In this document: in pieces, positions 1 through 13,490 of the stretch | How the letters are laid out: every line of letters starts with the position of its first letter | Numbering within the stretch: the first letter of the stretch is position 1 | Source of the DNA: Podarcis erhardii | Lineage: Eukaryota | Direction: 5' to 3' (one strand) | Length of the DNA: 64,000 nucleotides | Assembly (NCBI GenBank): GCA_964252035.1 | Contig: OZ176205.1 | The notes under the pieces: model-generated | The model's input: only the letters and a program-made list of their open reading frames with translations | Told to the model about the DNA's origin: nothing | Database searches by the model: none | Program-made: the position numbers and the translations under genes

Positions 1-1572
1 CCTCCTGATCTTTTCAGAAGGCGTCTAAGGTAAACATGTATAAGGAACAACAAATAGTTTGCACCTCTGAACCAGTATAAAATGTTCACACATGCATACA
101 CAAAAAGATAGCAGTTCCTCTACTACAGTACATGCACAGAATAACCAGTTTTTAAGCCAAGATTCATAATTATTATTCTTCTGTGTATTTTACTTCATGT
201 TTCAGCTTCTAGGATATATTTTCCACTGGGATGCAAATGCAGCACCATCTTCCTGATGGAGTAGGATGCAGTCCCAAAAAACAAATCCCTTATTCCATTG
301 TCAGAAGATAACAGAAGTTTCCTGCCAGAAAAACGCTGTTAACTTTCCTAGAAATGTTAAGAATACAGATTACTGTTGACTTCCATTGTTCTTTCCATAG
401 ACGGGGAGGGTGAAGCCGGGGGGGGGGGAGAGAAAGATTGGATCTGTAGTAAGAAACAGATTATAGTTTCATTTAAAGAACAAAACACAAGAATGGCACA
501 TTCAAAGCAGCTGATCTGGCAGAGTTTCTTGCCCTGTGAAAAATATCACAGGAAATGACTGAAGTTTGCAATCTGGATTGTTTCAAGGTTCAGTGTGTAA
601 GGGAAGTGAGAGAGCCAGGGTGAAGCAAAACTACTACTTAGCTTTGCTTGCCAAGGAAAGCCAGCACGTACAAGAGGGGAAAATGTTCACATTCCCTGGA
701 CTTGTGTATGTATGCTGCTACAACAGACAAAAGCCAACAAAAGGATCAAAAGGCAGCACTCCTCAAACTTGACAATAAGCTGGCTGGGACACACAGGCTC
801 TTTCTTCTTATATAAAAATAGCAAGAGGTCTGCCAGTCTAATGGACTGTACTTATGCTACTCCATAAAGTTTACAGGCTTCGCATTTCTTTAGCCACCTG
901 GCTATGCATTTTCATATGACACTGTGCTAGTGCAAAAGAGCTCGCAGGGGGTCATCTTACAGCAAGTGGTTGCTCTGCTCCAATACAACCATGGTCAAGA
1001 TCTATTTTAGCTGCTGTAACACCACAGGTGGGGATTAAGCAGCTTGGGGCTATACAATCAAGAATTAAGGGAAACTGGGAACACTTGGGAGGTTGCCTAT
1101 ACGCTGTGGGCTTTCAAATAATACTTTCCTTGGCGCAAATTGAGTGGAACAGCCATTGGGTACCAAAATCCACTTGTTTCTTTTTAGTGTCAGGAAGAGA
1201 GACTCTTAGTAGCACTATGTCTCCTGAAGCTCATCTTATGCCTACCCTACCAAGACCAGCAGGGCCTTTAGTGTGGTTGTGCCTGCCCCTTGGAACATGC
1301 TTCCAAGGACCCTCAGTCAGGCACCTGCAGTATTGGCATTTAGGTGCCTGCTTAAAAGTAATCCTTGCCAAACTCGGCACAAGGGTCCATTTATTAATTT
1401 TGTATGCTGCCCCACCCTTCATCTGTAGATCTCGGGGCAGTTCAAAGCATAAAGATACAAGATAAATACACAAAATAGATAATAAAAACAAGAGCAAAAC
1501 AAAACAATAGCACTCCTCCCTTCTCCTCCCCACCCAAGCTGGAAGCATTTAATATAATATATAAATAAAGTA

Positions 1573-1739
1573 CCGTATTTTTCTGTCTGTAAGAGGCTCT
1601 CATGTATAAGACACCCCATATTTTGGGGGATTCAGATTTAAGAAAATGGCCTTGGCACTATCTACATATAAGACACCCCCAAATTTTTGACATAATTTAT
1701 TAGGGGGGAAAACCTAGTCTTATACATGAAAAAATACGG
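1573..1739. mobile_element. TcMar (Tc2/pogo-type) MITE
   Basis: TIRs CCGTATTTTTC...GAAAAAATACGG; TA on the left, TG on the right. Confidence 0.8.
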
Positions 1740-1748
1740 TGTGTGTAT

Positions 1749-1751
<3 letters not shown>

Positions 1752-1801
<50 letters not shown>
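1752..1801. repeat. (TA)n microsatellite
   Basis: About 24 perfect TA units. Confidence 0.98.
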
Positions 1802-1805
<4 letters not shown>

Positions 1806-3003
1806 TATATAAATATATGTAGTAACTGACAAGCAAGTATCGTGTCCTGGGTTTATTGAAGAAGGGGCAGGGTGCAAATGTAAATACTACAATTGATACT
1901 ACACATGGTAGCCTGAAATGCAGGCAGAATCCTCAAAAACTGATGTATCACTGGCCACAAGAGGTGGTTGGAAGCTCTGCTCTGATTATGCTTCTGAAAT
2001 TCTCAGGAGCACCTGTCAGAGACAGAATATGTTTTGCACTCTTTAAACTTTATTTGGGAAATCCGTTAATATCCCATAGAAAGGAGTTTTAGATAATATT
2101 TACAGATCAGAAACCTTTCCTTCTAAAACATCGAAAGAGCAGTTCTGTATTCCCATTGTGCTCTCAGAAAAGTGTTGTTTTCTTCTTTGCAAAACAAGCT
2201 ACACATTTTAATAGCTTTAAAACGTCACATACTAAAGCTGGAAGAAAGGAATATAATCCCCAACCCACACAAAGCAAGAATGAGGATGGCAGAAGTTTCA
2301 TTCAAATTTCAACAAAACAAGAGGCACAGCATGGGAGTAGAGTTATAAAAATCACTCCTATTTGGGAAACGAAACAAGGCAGGATTTTTTTTTTAAAAAA
2401 AGCTCTCCAAGAAACCCACACAGCACTCACTGTCTCATTTTTGGCCAGAGTAGTGGGGGACTCTTGAGCTGAGCTCGTTTGGAACATCTTACCTCATGTG
2501 CCTTAAGGGATTTACATTGTATTTGATGATCTAATCAAAGTACAGGTTAGAACAAACAATGTTAAGACTGACCTTGATACCAGATGTTCTAAGAATATGA
2601 CCTGTTAATAAAACCAGAATAACTTTGCACATACATAAATGGCATGACGAAGATTCAGAATGTCAGCATTAGCAGGTAAGGGAAATCATGCAGCTCCCTT
2701 GGGTCAAGGACACTAAAATGTGAAGCCCTAAGTCCACCTTCTAGGGCAGTGTGTGCTATCTGGGACTGATGGGAACTGCAGTCCAAATTTCAAAAGCTTG
2801 GCACAAGTTTGTGACCTTTTGGTTGATCCTAATTAAGCGATTACCTAGTTGTGAATTTCAGATATTTTTCTTATGGACCAATACAGCTAACTTTACTATC
2901 TCATTCCCACTCTGGCCCATTCATGAATGTTTCCAAAACAGCAAGTGGCCCATGAACTCCACTTCAGGCAAGAGACAGACCCAAGACTCTGTTAAGTGTT
3001 GTA

Positions 3004-3253
3004 CAGTTTTACCTTGGATCCCGAATGCCTTGCAAGTTGAATGCTTTGGCTCCCAAACACTGCAAACCCGGAAGTGAGTGTTCTGGTTTGCAAACTTTCT
3101 TTGGAACCCGAACGTCCAATGCAGCTTCCGCGACTTCCAACTGGCTGCAGGAGTTTCCTGCAGCCAATCAGAAGCTGCGCCTTGGTGTCCACACGTTTTG
3201 GAAGTCGAACGGACTTCCGGAAAGGATTCCGTTGGACTTCCGAGGTACAACTT
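3004..3253. mobile_element. TcMar/Tigger-like MITE (GGAAGT..GAACGGA family)
   Basis: Degenerate TIRs CAGTTTTACCTTGG / CCGAGGTACAACT, TA flanks; internal homology to copies at 34188, 46778 and 61953. Confidence 0.8.
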
Positions 3254-3719
3254 TATTTCCAGAATGTCACGGAGGAACCGCTTTTGTTTCTTAGTCCTAA
3301 CAGCCCTCAACACAGTCTGAAAAGCCATTTTAGCACCCAGCAGAGTCTAATCTAATTATGTCTGCACCACAACTGCTGGAATCCATTTTAAGATTGTTTC
3401 CATCTGCTGATGTCATGCCAGCTTTCCCCTTCTCCTTACTTCTCCACCCCCTGTTTTAACACCTGGCTTGAGTGAAGCTTTCTGGAAAGCTCCAACACTT
3501 ATTTACTACTTTGTGACATTTTTCAAGGGTCCTTATAAAGGTATTTCCCTATTGTGTGCTTTGGGTCCCTTCCCCCTGAATGACCGAACAGGCTATCTTT
3601 AGCTTCTGCAGGCATTCATCCTGAACACACAAGGGCAAAAAGTATGCAGGGGGCTGGCTTCGCCCCCCAATGTCCTCACATGCACTTGCCCCATGCCCTA
3701 CACACCCAAAGTTCATGTG

Positions 3720-3823
3720 TTTAGTCCAAGGGTCTGAAGGAGGCTTCTACGTGTGTTTTTTATCCTGCTATGGCTGTATGCTAATGCAATAAAGGTTTGA
3801 TTGATTGATTGATTGATTGGTTG
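3720..3823 (+). mobile_element. 3' end of a non-LTR retroelement with (TTGA)n tail
   Basis: AATAAA followed directly by a TTGA microsatellite; family not identified. Confidence 0.4.
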
Positions 3824-4364
3824 AACACGCTGAGAGAAGCCTCCCTGTGATCAGAAACCCTGCATTATCAGGATTCCAGGCACTGAGGTAGCTTCAAAGC
3901 GTGTCCATCCAGACTTCTTCAGATGCTCAGACTAAATATGTGAAAGGGTGCAGCAGGTGTACACACTGGGAGTGGCATGCACACACTTCCCCCCTCTTGA
4001 GTCCTGAAGAGGGCTTATGGTTCCCCAGCCACCCTGGCATATCTAGTGTAGGTTAGGAAGGTGGAACAAGGCATCTATTTCAGTAGGCATTGTCATATAT
4101 TCCCGCAAACATGATCTTCTTCCTCTAATTGTGATATTTTGCCCATAAATAAAGCTAGCAAAACATTTCCTCAAACCTGGCCTTCATGCCTCTGAGCCAA
4201 AGAACAGTGTGACGTTGGAAAAACAGGTAGAGGAGTTTATTCACGGCCAGCCTCCTGAGCAGCAACTTGTCATCATGGAAAGCTGGCACAGTAACACATT
4301 TTTATTAAAAAGGAGAGGGAGGGAAGGAGAGCTTACTAGAAGAAACTACTGACACACCACAGTT

Positions 4365-4680
4365 TGTTTAAAGATCTACCCCACCTTTGTACAATATGAA
4401 GTCCTCAGGGCAGCTTACCACTCTAGTTTGGGGTTGTTTTGTTTTAATTATTTAAAAAGCATTAACATAATATTAAAAGCAAGTAAAAAGCAAACAAGGG
4501 CAGTTACAGTAAAGGTCTTAAAGACTTGGTCTAACAACAACAACAACAACAACAATATACCTAATTGACATAACCTAGTACCAAAAAGCTAACAATGGTT
4601 GTGCCAAGCAAACGTGTTTAGAGAGAGAATTGCTCCAAGACAACCTTTTTATGGAGGTCAAAGGTCTCTTTTCATCAAAA
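4365..4680 (-). mobile_element. Decayed L2 3' end
   Basis: ctaccccacc...ctcagggcagcttac resembles the reverse complement of L2 3' ends; includes a (CAA)n run. Confidence 0.45.
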
Positions 4681-6332
4681 TGCTTCCCCCCTTTTTGGGG
4701 GGGCGGCGGTGGTAAAAACAACTAGTTCTCCTTTTGTTTCTTCTCAACAGTTGCCACAAAGCTGGAGCTCCTCCTTACACCCAGTCCAGCTGGACTGCCA
4801 TACTAAGGGTCCACTTCCATATGTGAACTATGAAGACTTGCTCGCTTCTCATGTCCTGCAACTGAATTCCCAAAACTGTCAAGAATTAATATGTTATGAG
4901 CCAAACCAAGGCACACCACAGGCAACACCTAGGAAGTGCCCGCCACCAGAACAGGAGGACTGAAATCACCATTCTCCAGTTCTTTAGAGTTGCCTACCTA
5001 AGCCCCATGCCAACTGATATGGCTTAGATGACATGGTTCTCCCCACCCACCCCACCAAAAAGAGAGAGAGAGAATGCAAGAAGAGCACAGCATGAAAATC
5101 TCCTTTAAACCAAAGGAAAATATATGGACATTAAAGAGTTAAGAGAGACAATTCTCAGCTGTCCAAACTACTGCGCCACAATTCACAAAGCTATTCCAAA
5201 GTGGTGCATAGCAGAAATACCAAGGGCCCACAGAAATATGGCAAGTAGAACCACTGGTGTCTGGTGGCGCCAGTTTGCATGTTGACATACCGCATGAGGT
5301 TACACATGAAAGGCCATAGGGCAGGAGGGGGGAATATGATTAAGCAAAGCACCATTCTAATTTCTGTCTGGGACTGTCACCTCAGTCAGTCCACGCCCAA
5401 ATCTCAGCCTCACGCAGTCGGGACACATGTCTTGGGAACCCACTTTAGATATTGCATTATAACCATGAGGGCTCCCCTCGACCCCTATTTAATCCAGGAA
5501 CAATAAGGCCACCTTTCTTGTTTTTGCACCCTTCATCTCAAAGAGATTTTACAAAATAAACAGACTATTTACATAATTTTTATTTAACACAGGCAGCTCA
5601 GCATTGAGAAGCATTTGCAGAGATAAGGACTAACCCTACAGTAAAGAGATCAAAATCTGAAAAAGACAGACAAGACAGACAGGATATTCTGGGAAAGAGA
5701 AGAGCAGAGGTGGAGGTTAAAAAGAAGGGTTTTGCTTTCATAAAAATTAAAAACTGACTCAATGATAGCCATGCATACACAAGAACTGTCACTTATAACT
5801 GGAGGGTGATTGCCTCTGAGGGAATTTCATGGAAGGGAAGCTAATAGCATTTCTAACTAAAACTACAAAGGAATTTAAGCACCACTAAATGCAGCTACTG
5901 TACCATGCAGGCTGACTTTTGCTGTGAAAGTGGTGAATGCTCTGATTTAGATTTATGACCACCCAAGGAGAAGGCTTCAAACGTGCAGTGCTCAAAAGGG
6001 ATCCCTTCATGTAGATCAAACATCGACTCCAATTCATTACTTCTGGTTGGATATTATTGCTCCAATGCCTCAGTGTGAAAAGGATTAAAGGATGATATTT
6101 CCCCAAAGACTGGAGCTGGTTCAACTATACCAGGTTGCTTGTGCTCAAATACAAATACTTTCCCTCTCCAAAAAAATATATTAAAAAATCAGCATAGACT
6201 CGTGAAGTTTGGTAAGAAGACCAATTTTTTCCCTTATTTAAAAATATGGTGCTCGCTGCTAATGCCTGCTTCCCAAACAATGGTGCTAAACCAGGAAGCA
6301 AAGCCGAGGGGAAGAGAGAAAAGTTCAGGCTT

Positions 6333-6483
6333 CTGCTTTCGGCTCAGTTGGTAGAGCATGGGACTTTTAATGTCAGGGTCATGGGTTTGAGTCCCACACT
6401 GCACAAAAGATTCCTGCATTGCAGGGGGCTGACTAGATGACCCCTGTGGTCCCTTTCCAACTCTCCAGTTCTATGATTCTAAG
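6333..6483 (+). mobile_element. SINE with tRNA-Lys-like head and CR1-type 3' tail
   Basis: A box gctcagttggtagagc, anticodon loop cttttaa, B box gggtttgagtccc; tail ttcctgcattgcagggg..gactagatgacc..ccaactc..ttctatgattct. Confidence 0.8.
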
Positions 6484-7719
6484 TATGTCAAAATGAGAGG
6501 CAATAATTTTGGCACAATCATTTCTGGTTTTTTGTGACAGTTCCTATGCTTATGTTGAGACACATTACCTAGCCCAGATCTCAGCTGCTGTTAACAGTGG
6601 TAAGTTCACCATGGTAGGTAAAAGTGCCTACAACCGTCAAGATATAAGCATGTTGTTGTGACACAAAGTATTTCGATGACTTGTTACTAACTGAATCATT
6701 TCACAGTCAGTGGCATACATCTAGCTTTCATTATTCAAAAAACTCAGGTAAGGGTTGAAACAAAAAGGTTCCTGTTCGCTTTCCACTGAACAACTGCATA
6801 AAAGCTGCAAATAGATGGAGCTATGAAATTTTTTAATAATCCTAGATGTAATGCAAGCCTTTGACATTGACTCTTAAGTTATGTATTCAGCAACAATGGG
6901 GATTCTCTGCCTGTGGCAAGAGGGTCAGAGGTTAACACATTATACCTCAGGCAGCAAGTAGGACAGGGTTTGCACTACCTGATAAGCTATTTTGGATCAG
7001 CACAGCTGCCTGTTAAACTAGTTTACAGACCCAATTTACAGGTTTGATGTTAAGAAGTAGAATTTCAACCATTTACAGTACAATTCTATACTTGTATAGT
7101 ACACTTAGTACACTTAGAAGAAAGTCCCATTTAATTCAGTGAGGATTATTCCCAGGTATAGGATTACACTCTTAAGCACCCTGGTGAACTTTCCAATCAG
7201 AACTTTCCTCATCCTCTGAAGGCTTTCAAAATTTATGTTGAAACAGGATGTATCTGAACATTTGCAGGACCAATTCAATAAGGCAAAATCAACTGGCATT
7301 CCTAGTGTTTTGATTTACAAAACAGGCCCACTGAGTCACTGCTGAGTAATTCAAACAAAGGCTAGGGGGTAAAGCAGGTCTCTCAAAACCGTATATGCCA
7401 AATACACTCCTAGGATCATGGGGAGGAAAGGAAAAGTTCTGAATAGTTTAACATGCCCGTTTACCATATTTAAAATACAAAAACACACAAGATAAAAGAC
7501 GGCACTTAAGAGGTTGATATTAATTTTTCAAATCTAATGACTGATATTTAGGAGTTTAGCCCTCAGTAGCTTGCAATGAGATTTAAGTACTAAAATACAA
7601 CAGTTTTTAGATTTAATTCCCAGATCTTAACATCTGTTACAAGATTACAGTACTTAGGAAATGGAATATCAAAAAGATATTTCTAATTAAAACTAGTTAT
7701 AAAGAATCACAATAAAAAG

Positions 7720-8150
7720 GTAAATAGACATTATTTACCTTTTTATTGTGATTGTTTATAATCCACCCCGCCACTGAACATACCCAAACACAAGATAGAG
7801 GATATCAAACAGAATGTAAAATGCAACAATAAAACTACAACAAAATCTTCATAAAAACATCAATATCCTTCTTTTTCTTGCTGTGATTAATTAATGTTAT
7901 CATTAATGGCATGTATTCTTTTTATATTAAATATATGCATCCTTTTTGTATTAAAATATTCAATAAATCCATTTCATCATTAATGGCATACTGAAATTTA
8001 ACAAGCCACACACTCCATAGTATAGGGATCACTTCGGAAAATGCCCGAATGATAACAGAATTTTCAAGGTTTAGTACTGTTTTCATATACAAGGCTTATT
8101 TCTTTCAAACCACTTAAAGTCATAATGCACTCTTTATTCTAATTATATAC
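7720..8150 (-). mobile_element. Highly decayed L1-type 3' fragment
   Basis: AT-rich, with weak similarity to the squamate L1 ORF2 C-terminus; a plus-strand QYLG-like fragment lies nearby at about 7645. Confidence 0.35.
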
Positions 8151-9081
8151 TTTTAAGATTTTCAAGCAGTGGTTCACTTTAGGCTCATTTCCCCCATACC
8201 TCAAGTCCTTAAAAAAACCCCCACCACAATCACCACCCAATATTCTAGTTGTGAACATCTGTTGTTTACAAGTGCTCAGCCTGAAGGCTGCCAGGCTTCT
8301 TCTGCATCCTCTTCAGGACACAGGCAGCCAAAAAGTCGCCTGAACTTCATGCTGGGATGTCCTGGCTGCTCTGATAGTTGGAAGTTGACAATTGCTGCTT
8401 AGCATCTCACTTCCGAAGATTATCCTCATTTTCTAAAGCCATTTTATCATCCTGTCTTAAAATAAGCCGCAGTGTTACTTTTGTTTAGCTGCTTGGTAAG
8501 ATATGGCAGAGAACATGCTTTGTATATAGACTGTTTCAAGGTCCCTGGCAGGTCTAGTTAAAGGAACTCAGGCAAGAAGACTTAGAAAAGTCTCTCACCC
8601 AGGCCACGCAGAGCTGCTGACAGTATCATCACCGCCACCCAAAGAATACCAGGATACCAAACAACAAACTACAAAAATAATTAAAGAAAAAACAAACAAA
8701 ATCACAACTACTAATTTCAAAGTTGCCAGAAACAATGTCTTTCAACCACCATGTGCCTCGGTGAACAGGAATGCTTTAAAATTCCACCTAAACATTAACA
8801 CTGAGGGAGACAGACACACCTCACCAGGAAAAACGTTCCACAAATGGGAGAGTCATTTCAAGAAGGTTCTGTTATGAGTCAGTGCCAACCAGGCAGCCTC
8901 CAGAGACAGCACCCCCAACAGGATCTCCCCTGTAGACTGTAAGAACTGAGATGGTTGATACTGGTTGAGGTGCTCTTTTGGATATTTGGGTGCCAAGCCA
9001 TTTAGGGCAAATGTTAACAGCTTGAGTTGGGCACAAACAGTGCTTTCAGGACTGGTGACCTGTGGTCCCATTGGGCTAAAC

Positions 9082-9334
9082 CAGGGGTCAGCAACCTTTT
9101 TCAGCAAGGGGCCGGTCCACTGTCCCTCAGACCTTGCTGGGGGCCGGACTATATTTTTTTTGGGGGGGGGATGAACGAATTCCTATGCTCCACAAATAAC
9201 CCAGAGATGCATTTTAAATAAAAGGACACATTCTACTCATGTACAAACACGTCGATTCCCAGACCATCCGCAGGCCAGATTGAGAAGGCAATTGGGCTGC
9301 ATTTGGCCCCCGGGCCTTAGGTTGCCTACCCCTG
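9082..9334. mobile_element. hAT (Charlie-type) MITE
   Basis: TIRs CAGGGGTCAGCAACC / GGTTGCCTACCCCTG; perfect 8-bp TSD GGCTAAAC. Confidence 0.92.
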
Positions 9335-9455
9335 GGCTAAACCATTCACCAACCTGTACCAGCTGCAGATTCCGGACAGGAGGACCCCTGAAGCCAGACT
9401 TTCCCAGTCCAAGAATGGCTATAGCTAGTGGACCAGCCTGAGCTGGGCATAATTA

Positions 9456-9820
9456 CCGTATTTTTCACTCTATAACACGCACCCGACCATAACACGCACA
9501 TAGTTTTTAGAGGAGGAAAACAAGAAAAAAAAATATTCTAAAAGAAACAGTGGATGTATGATTTTTGTGGTTCATGCTGTGGCCACAGACATGTGATCTG
9601 ACGGTGAGTTTGGGGTAGCCCACTGCAAAAATCCTGAGGATCCATGTGGATCCATGCTTTGTAACCACGGAGGAGGGAAGGAAGGGGAACCATGGATCCT
9701 CTGCTCACGACTGCAGCAGATCCCCCCGCCATCCATAGGCATTCGCTCCATAACACGCACAGACATTTCCCCTTACTTTCTAGGAGGAAAAAAGTGAGTG
9801 TTATGGAGCAAAAAATACAG
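9456..9820. mobile_element. TcMar (Tc2-type) MITE
   Basis: TIRs CCGTATTTTTCACTCTATAACAC / GTGTTATGGAGCAAAAAATACAG; TA TSD. Confidence 0.88.
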
Positions 9821-10297
9821 TACTCCTAGCCACAGAGGCCACTTGGACATCAATGAGTCCTCCCAGACTATGAACATTTTCCTTCAGGGGGAGTGCAGCC
9901 ACTCCCAAAACATCATCTACCTAATTCCCTGATATGAGAGCTGACTACCCACGAGCACCTCCATCTTTTCAGGGTTCACTTTATTGGCCCCAATCCGGCC
10001 CATCACTGCTTCCAGGCACCAGTCCAACACCACCACAGTCTCTCCTGATTCAGATGGAATGCACAGATAGAGCTGCATATCATCAGTATACTGGTGACAC
10101 CATGCTCCTCCTTGAAAACAAATGTAATTAAGCATTTTGGAGGTTGAGCAGGCCATAGGTGTAATTTTGCAAGACAATGTATAGCTATAGCGCAGGTAAT
10201 AAATGATAGAACAAATCAGAGTTACAAATGTCAGGAAAAAGTTGCTTCAGTGTAGGACATTCAGTTCTCTAACCTTCATATAGGTAGTTCATTATAA

Positions 10298-10339
<42 letters not shown>
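10298..10339. repeat. (ATT)n microsatellite
   Basis: Perfect ATT run. Confidence 0.97.
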
Positions 10340-12809
10340 TAGGATGCAGCTGCGCAGAAAGCCAGAAGTGGACCTCATCCCTGAAATCTATGTTGAACTC
10401 TCCCTTTAGCACATGCAAGCTCCTGACTCAACTACACTCAACTACAGGCAGGAGGGTGTAATAGACTTGCCAATAAGAGCATTGTTAGCATTGGATCCTT
10501 CCATGCCACATAGCTCCTGCTTCAGCAATAAGAGAAAACAGTGGCATCAGAAGCTTCCCCTGCAGGTAAATCCATTGTTCTGCATCCATTGCAGAGAGTT
10601 TGGGACTTGGAGCCAGATTTCAAACCATCTGCTACCCTGAAATAGTTCTGCTAAAGAACAAAATCTCTTGGGGCTTCCAAAGTGTTTGATTCAAAGCTTC
10701 AGTTTGAAGCCTTGGTGTCTGTTTTCCTGCATGTTTAGCAGCACCATGACAAATTCAATATTCTTCTCCCTTCACATCAATGACCAGAAAAAAGTAGCTT
10801 ATTTATATATCATGGCTACAAATGCCTGAGCTCTTCTAATGTCATGTTGGACCCGTGTGGTAGACAGAGAATAAACAATGCTTCTCTGACTTCCATTCCT
10901 ATAGCAGCTTATGGACTAGGAGAAACTTACGTTTCTGGAGCCACTTTGGGTAAAGTAAACCTGTTACAAAGGGGCTGACAGGTTCCCCACCTTCCTTTCA
11001 AGGTAGGACAAACTTGGAGGTGACCTTTGCGTTATTTACTCACAAATACACTCCACATTATGGCCTCAACATGTGTGAAATCGGAAGACACAGATCCAAG
11101 TCAGCTCCCTTTTAGGAACCACATGGCATTAGAAACCCCAACTGTGATTGAGAGTCAATTTGAGACTGTGAATAAGTAAAGCTGTTTAATCTACACCACA
11201 TTTCAAATTCAGGATGTGTGATTAAAGGATTCAAGATAAAGAAGTAAGAGATATCAGAAACTGCAAAAAAGAAAATGAAGCAGTAATTTTTCTTACTAAT
11301 CCATCCTCTAATATAGTCCCTACATTATTAGTTTTATGGCTTACATTAAGCTGCAGCAGCATCCTTCTTACATGCAGTTGGATGCACAGGACCTGCTGAG
11401 GCAAGGGAGACAAACAACCCCATTTTAAAGTTGTGCTTCAAGGGGACAATGGCAGTTGCTGGAGTGAGTGGGGAAAGGGGAAATGGAAGTGTGGGGGACC
11501 AGCATGTTGTCTGAATCCCAAGGGCCTTAAATCTTGTTATTCATTGGAAACCGGAAAGGAGAGGGGTAAATTGGGGGTATTGCCCTTTTGGTCCCCTGTC
11601 AAATGGGCTTATTAACAGGTGAAGAACATCCTTGTGAGTGTTCCTATACTGCACAATGCCTACATGTGTTGCTTGCTCTGCCTTTACAGAAGAAGAGTTT
11701 TAGAAGACATGGAAAAAAATCAAGAGAGACAGAAAGATGCTGCTATTTCTCACAAAATCTTATAAGAATTGCAGCACAGGCCTTCAAGTGCCATCTCTCT
11801 TGTTTCAAACTGGAGGCTTTTGTGGAACGCCACGGGTGACAGACAGGTGGCAGGTGACACAAACAGCTGAGATGGAAAGTAGAGGCATTTGAAGGGTCTC
11901 AGACTGATCTTCAGATGAGAGGATTCCTAAGTAGCAAGAAGGAACATGACTTATAGTTACAAGCATTTCAAACATCCATATTAGGGGAATACCTTTAAAC
12001 TGGTCAACCGTGTTTGTGTGTGTTTGTGTGTTTGTGTGTGTATTGGTGTGCAAGTGTTTTGCATTCTCCTAAGCTCTTCATCAGGCTAGACAGTAAAATA
12101 AAGCAAAGTGAGAGAGGAGAGAAAAATTGTCACACCGTATGGTAATGAGAGCTTGACTAGCAGGTATTGCTATTAGGTATTGCCCTGAAATGAATTCTGG
12201 TATTGTTTTTTATGAACAAACACAGCTACCTTTCATTCGGCTAGGAATATACCGAATTTAGCCATTAAACAGCAGAAGTGGAAGAAGAGGGTCTTCTATC
12301 ACCTGAAGATAAAACATGATTCTCTGAGGGAACATTTCCTCCAGCTGTTAGGTAAAGTTAACAAATTTGCTTCTATTGACATTTAGGCACACGACCCAAA
12401 ATTAATCTCTATCTTTTGTTGCTGATTGTATTTTCTCCCTAGTTTCTTTTTATTACTATTTTCCACCTATGATGGAAATTCTGTGTCTTACCCAAAGGTA
12501 AAGGGACAAAAGTGGGATTAACAGTTGATTTTTGTAATTCCAGAGTTGAGGAATCAGTCTTTCCTATTTTTCTCCTTCCCCTGAAGGCTTTGGTGCAACC
12601 TGATACCTGTGTGGCACATAAAGGAGTTTCATCTGAATGCCTGCTACTTCCTTCCCCATTCTGCATTAAGATTCATCCCAGATATAGACTCGTGGCATCA
12701 TCACCAGCAGTTTTTCTCCCTGCCCCAACTTTGCTTTGCTTACCTCCTACCCTGGTGAAAAGTTCAGCAGCACTCAAAAGCTTGCATGCTATTTTGTGAT
12801 ACTTCAGTA

Positions 12810-13490
12810 GGCCTATCAAAAAGACATTGCACTAATACAGATTTTGGAGTTCTTATGAGCCAACATATCTACCTTTAATTTTTGTACAACTTAGAATAAA
12901 AAAAGATCACCAGTGTTGAAGCAATGATTCTTTAACATCAACTTCGTTGGACTGGCCATGTTGTTCAGATGCCTGATTATCATCTTCCAAAGCAACTACT
13001 CCCAACTTAAGAATGGAAAGAGAAATACCAGAGGAAAAGAAAAGAGGTTTAAAGACACTCTCAAGGCAAATCTTTAATTTTGTTTAACTTGGTGTTCTCT
13101 CTTTTTCTTTTTGTAACCTTTAAAACTTTAATAAATATTGTTTTTTTAAAAATTAAGGCAAATCTTTAAAAATGTAGCACAAGCACTGGTAACTTGGGAA
13201 CACTGACCTACAAGCGCTCCAGTTGGTGAACAGCCTTTACCAAAGGTGCCATGAACTTTGTAGAAGCACAAACTCAGGACAAAAAGGAGAAACGTGCTAA
13301 GAGGTAGGCACATTTGGCAAACCCTTACCATGATAAACTCCCGCCCAGAAACCTATGTCCCCACTGTGGAAAGACGTGTGGATCCAGAATTGGCTTCCAC
13401 TGTCACTTACGGACTCATTGTTAAGACTGTGTTCATGGAAGACAATCTTACTCGTGATTGCCAAAGAAGACGAAGAAGAGACAACTTGGA
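12810..13490 (+). mobile_element. RTE-clade LINE 3' fragment
   Basis: Frameshifted translation LRWTGHVVQMPDYHLPKQLL..KRFKDTLKANL..WETL..CPHCGKTCGSRIGFHCHLRTH, with the terminal zinc knuckle; (GAA)-type tail. Confidence 0.85.
13077..13154 (+). mobile_element. 78-bp L1-3'UTR-like insertion inside the RTE
   Basis: Flanked by a 14-bp direct repeat AAGGCAAATCTTTA (13063-13076 and 13155-13168); T-rich with AATAAA. Confidence 0.7.

Larger units (their letters stand above)
8620..10115 (-). mobile_element. L2 LINE fragment (RT to 3' end) with two nested MITEs
   Basis: Minus frame GAWCHQYTDDMQLYL...LDWCLEAVMGRIGANKVNPEKMEVL matches the L2 RT YADD region; L2-like 3' sequence continues to about 8620. 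Confidence 0.8.

Noticed and set aside
6333-6410. Possible tRNA-Lys gene
   Set aside because: The acceptor and anticodon stems do not pair, and it runs straight into a CR1 tail, so it is a SINE head.
7130-7200. Minus-strand ILYLGII resembling the next SRGAP2 exon (IYLNNII)
   Set aside because: Flanking residues do not match SRGAP2 and there are no fitting splice sites.
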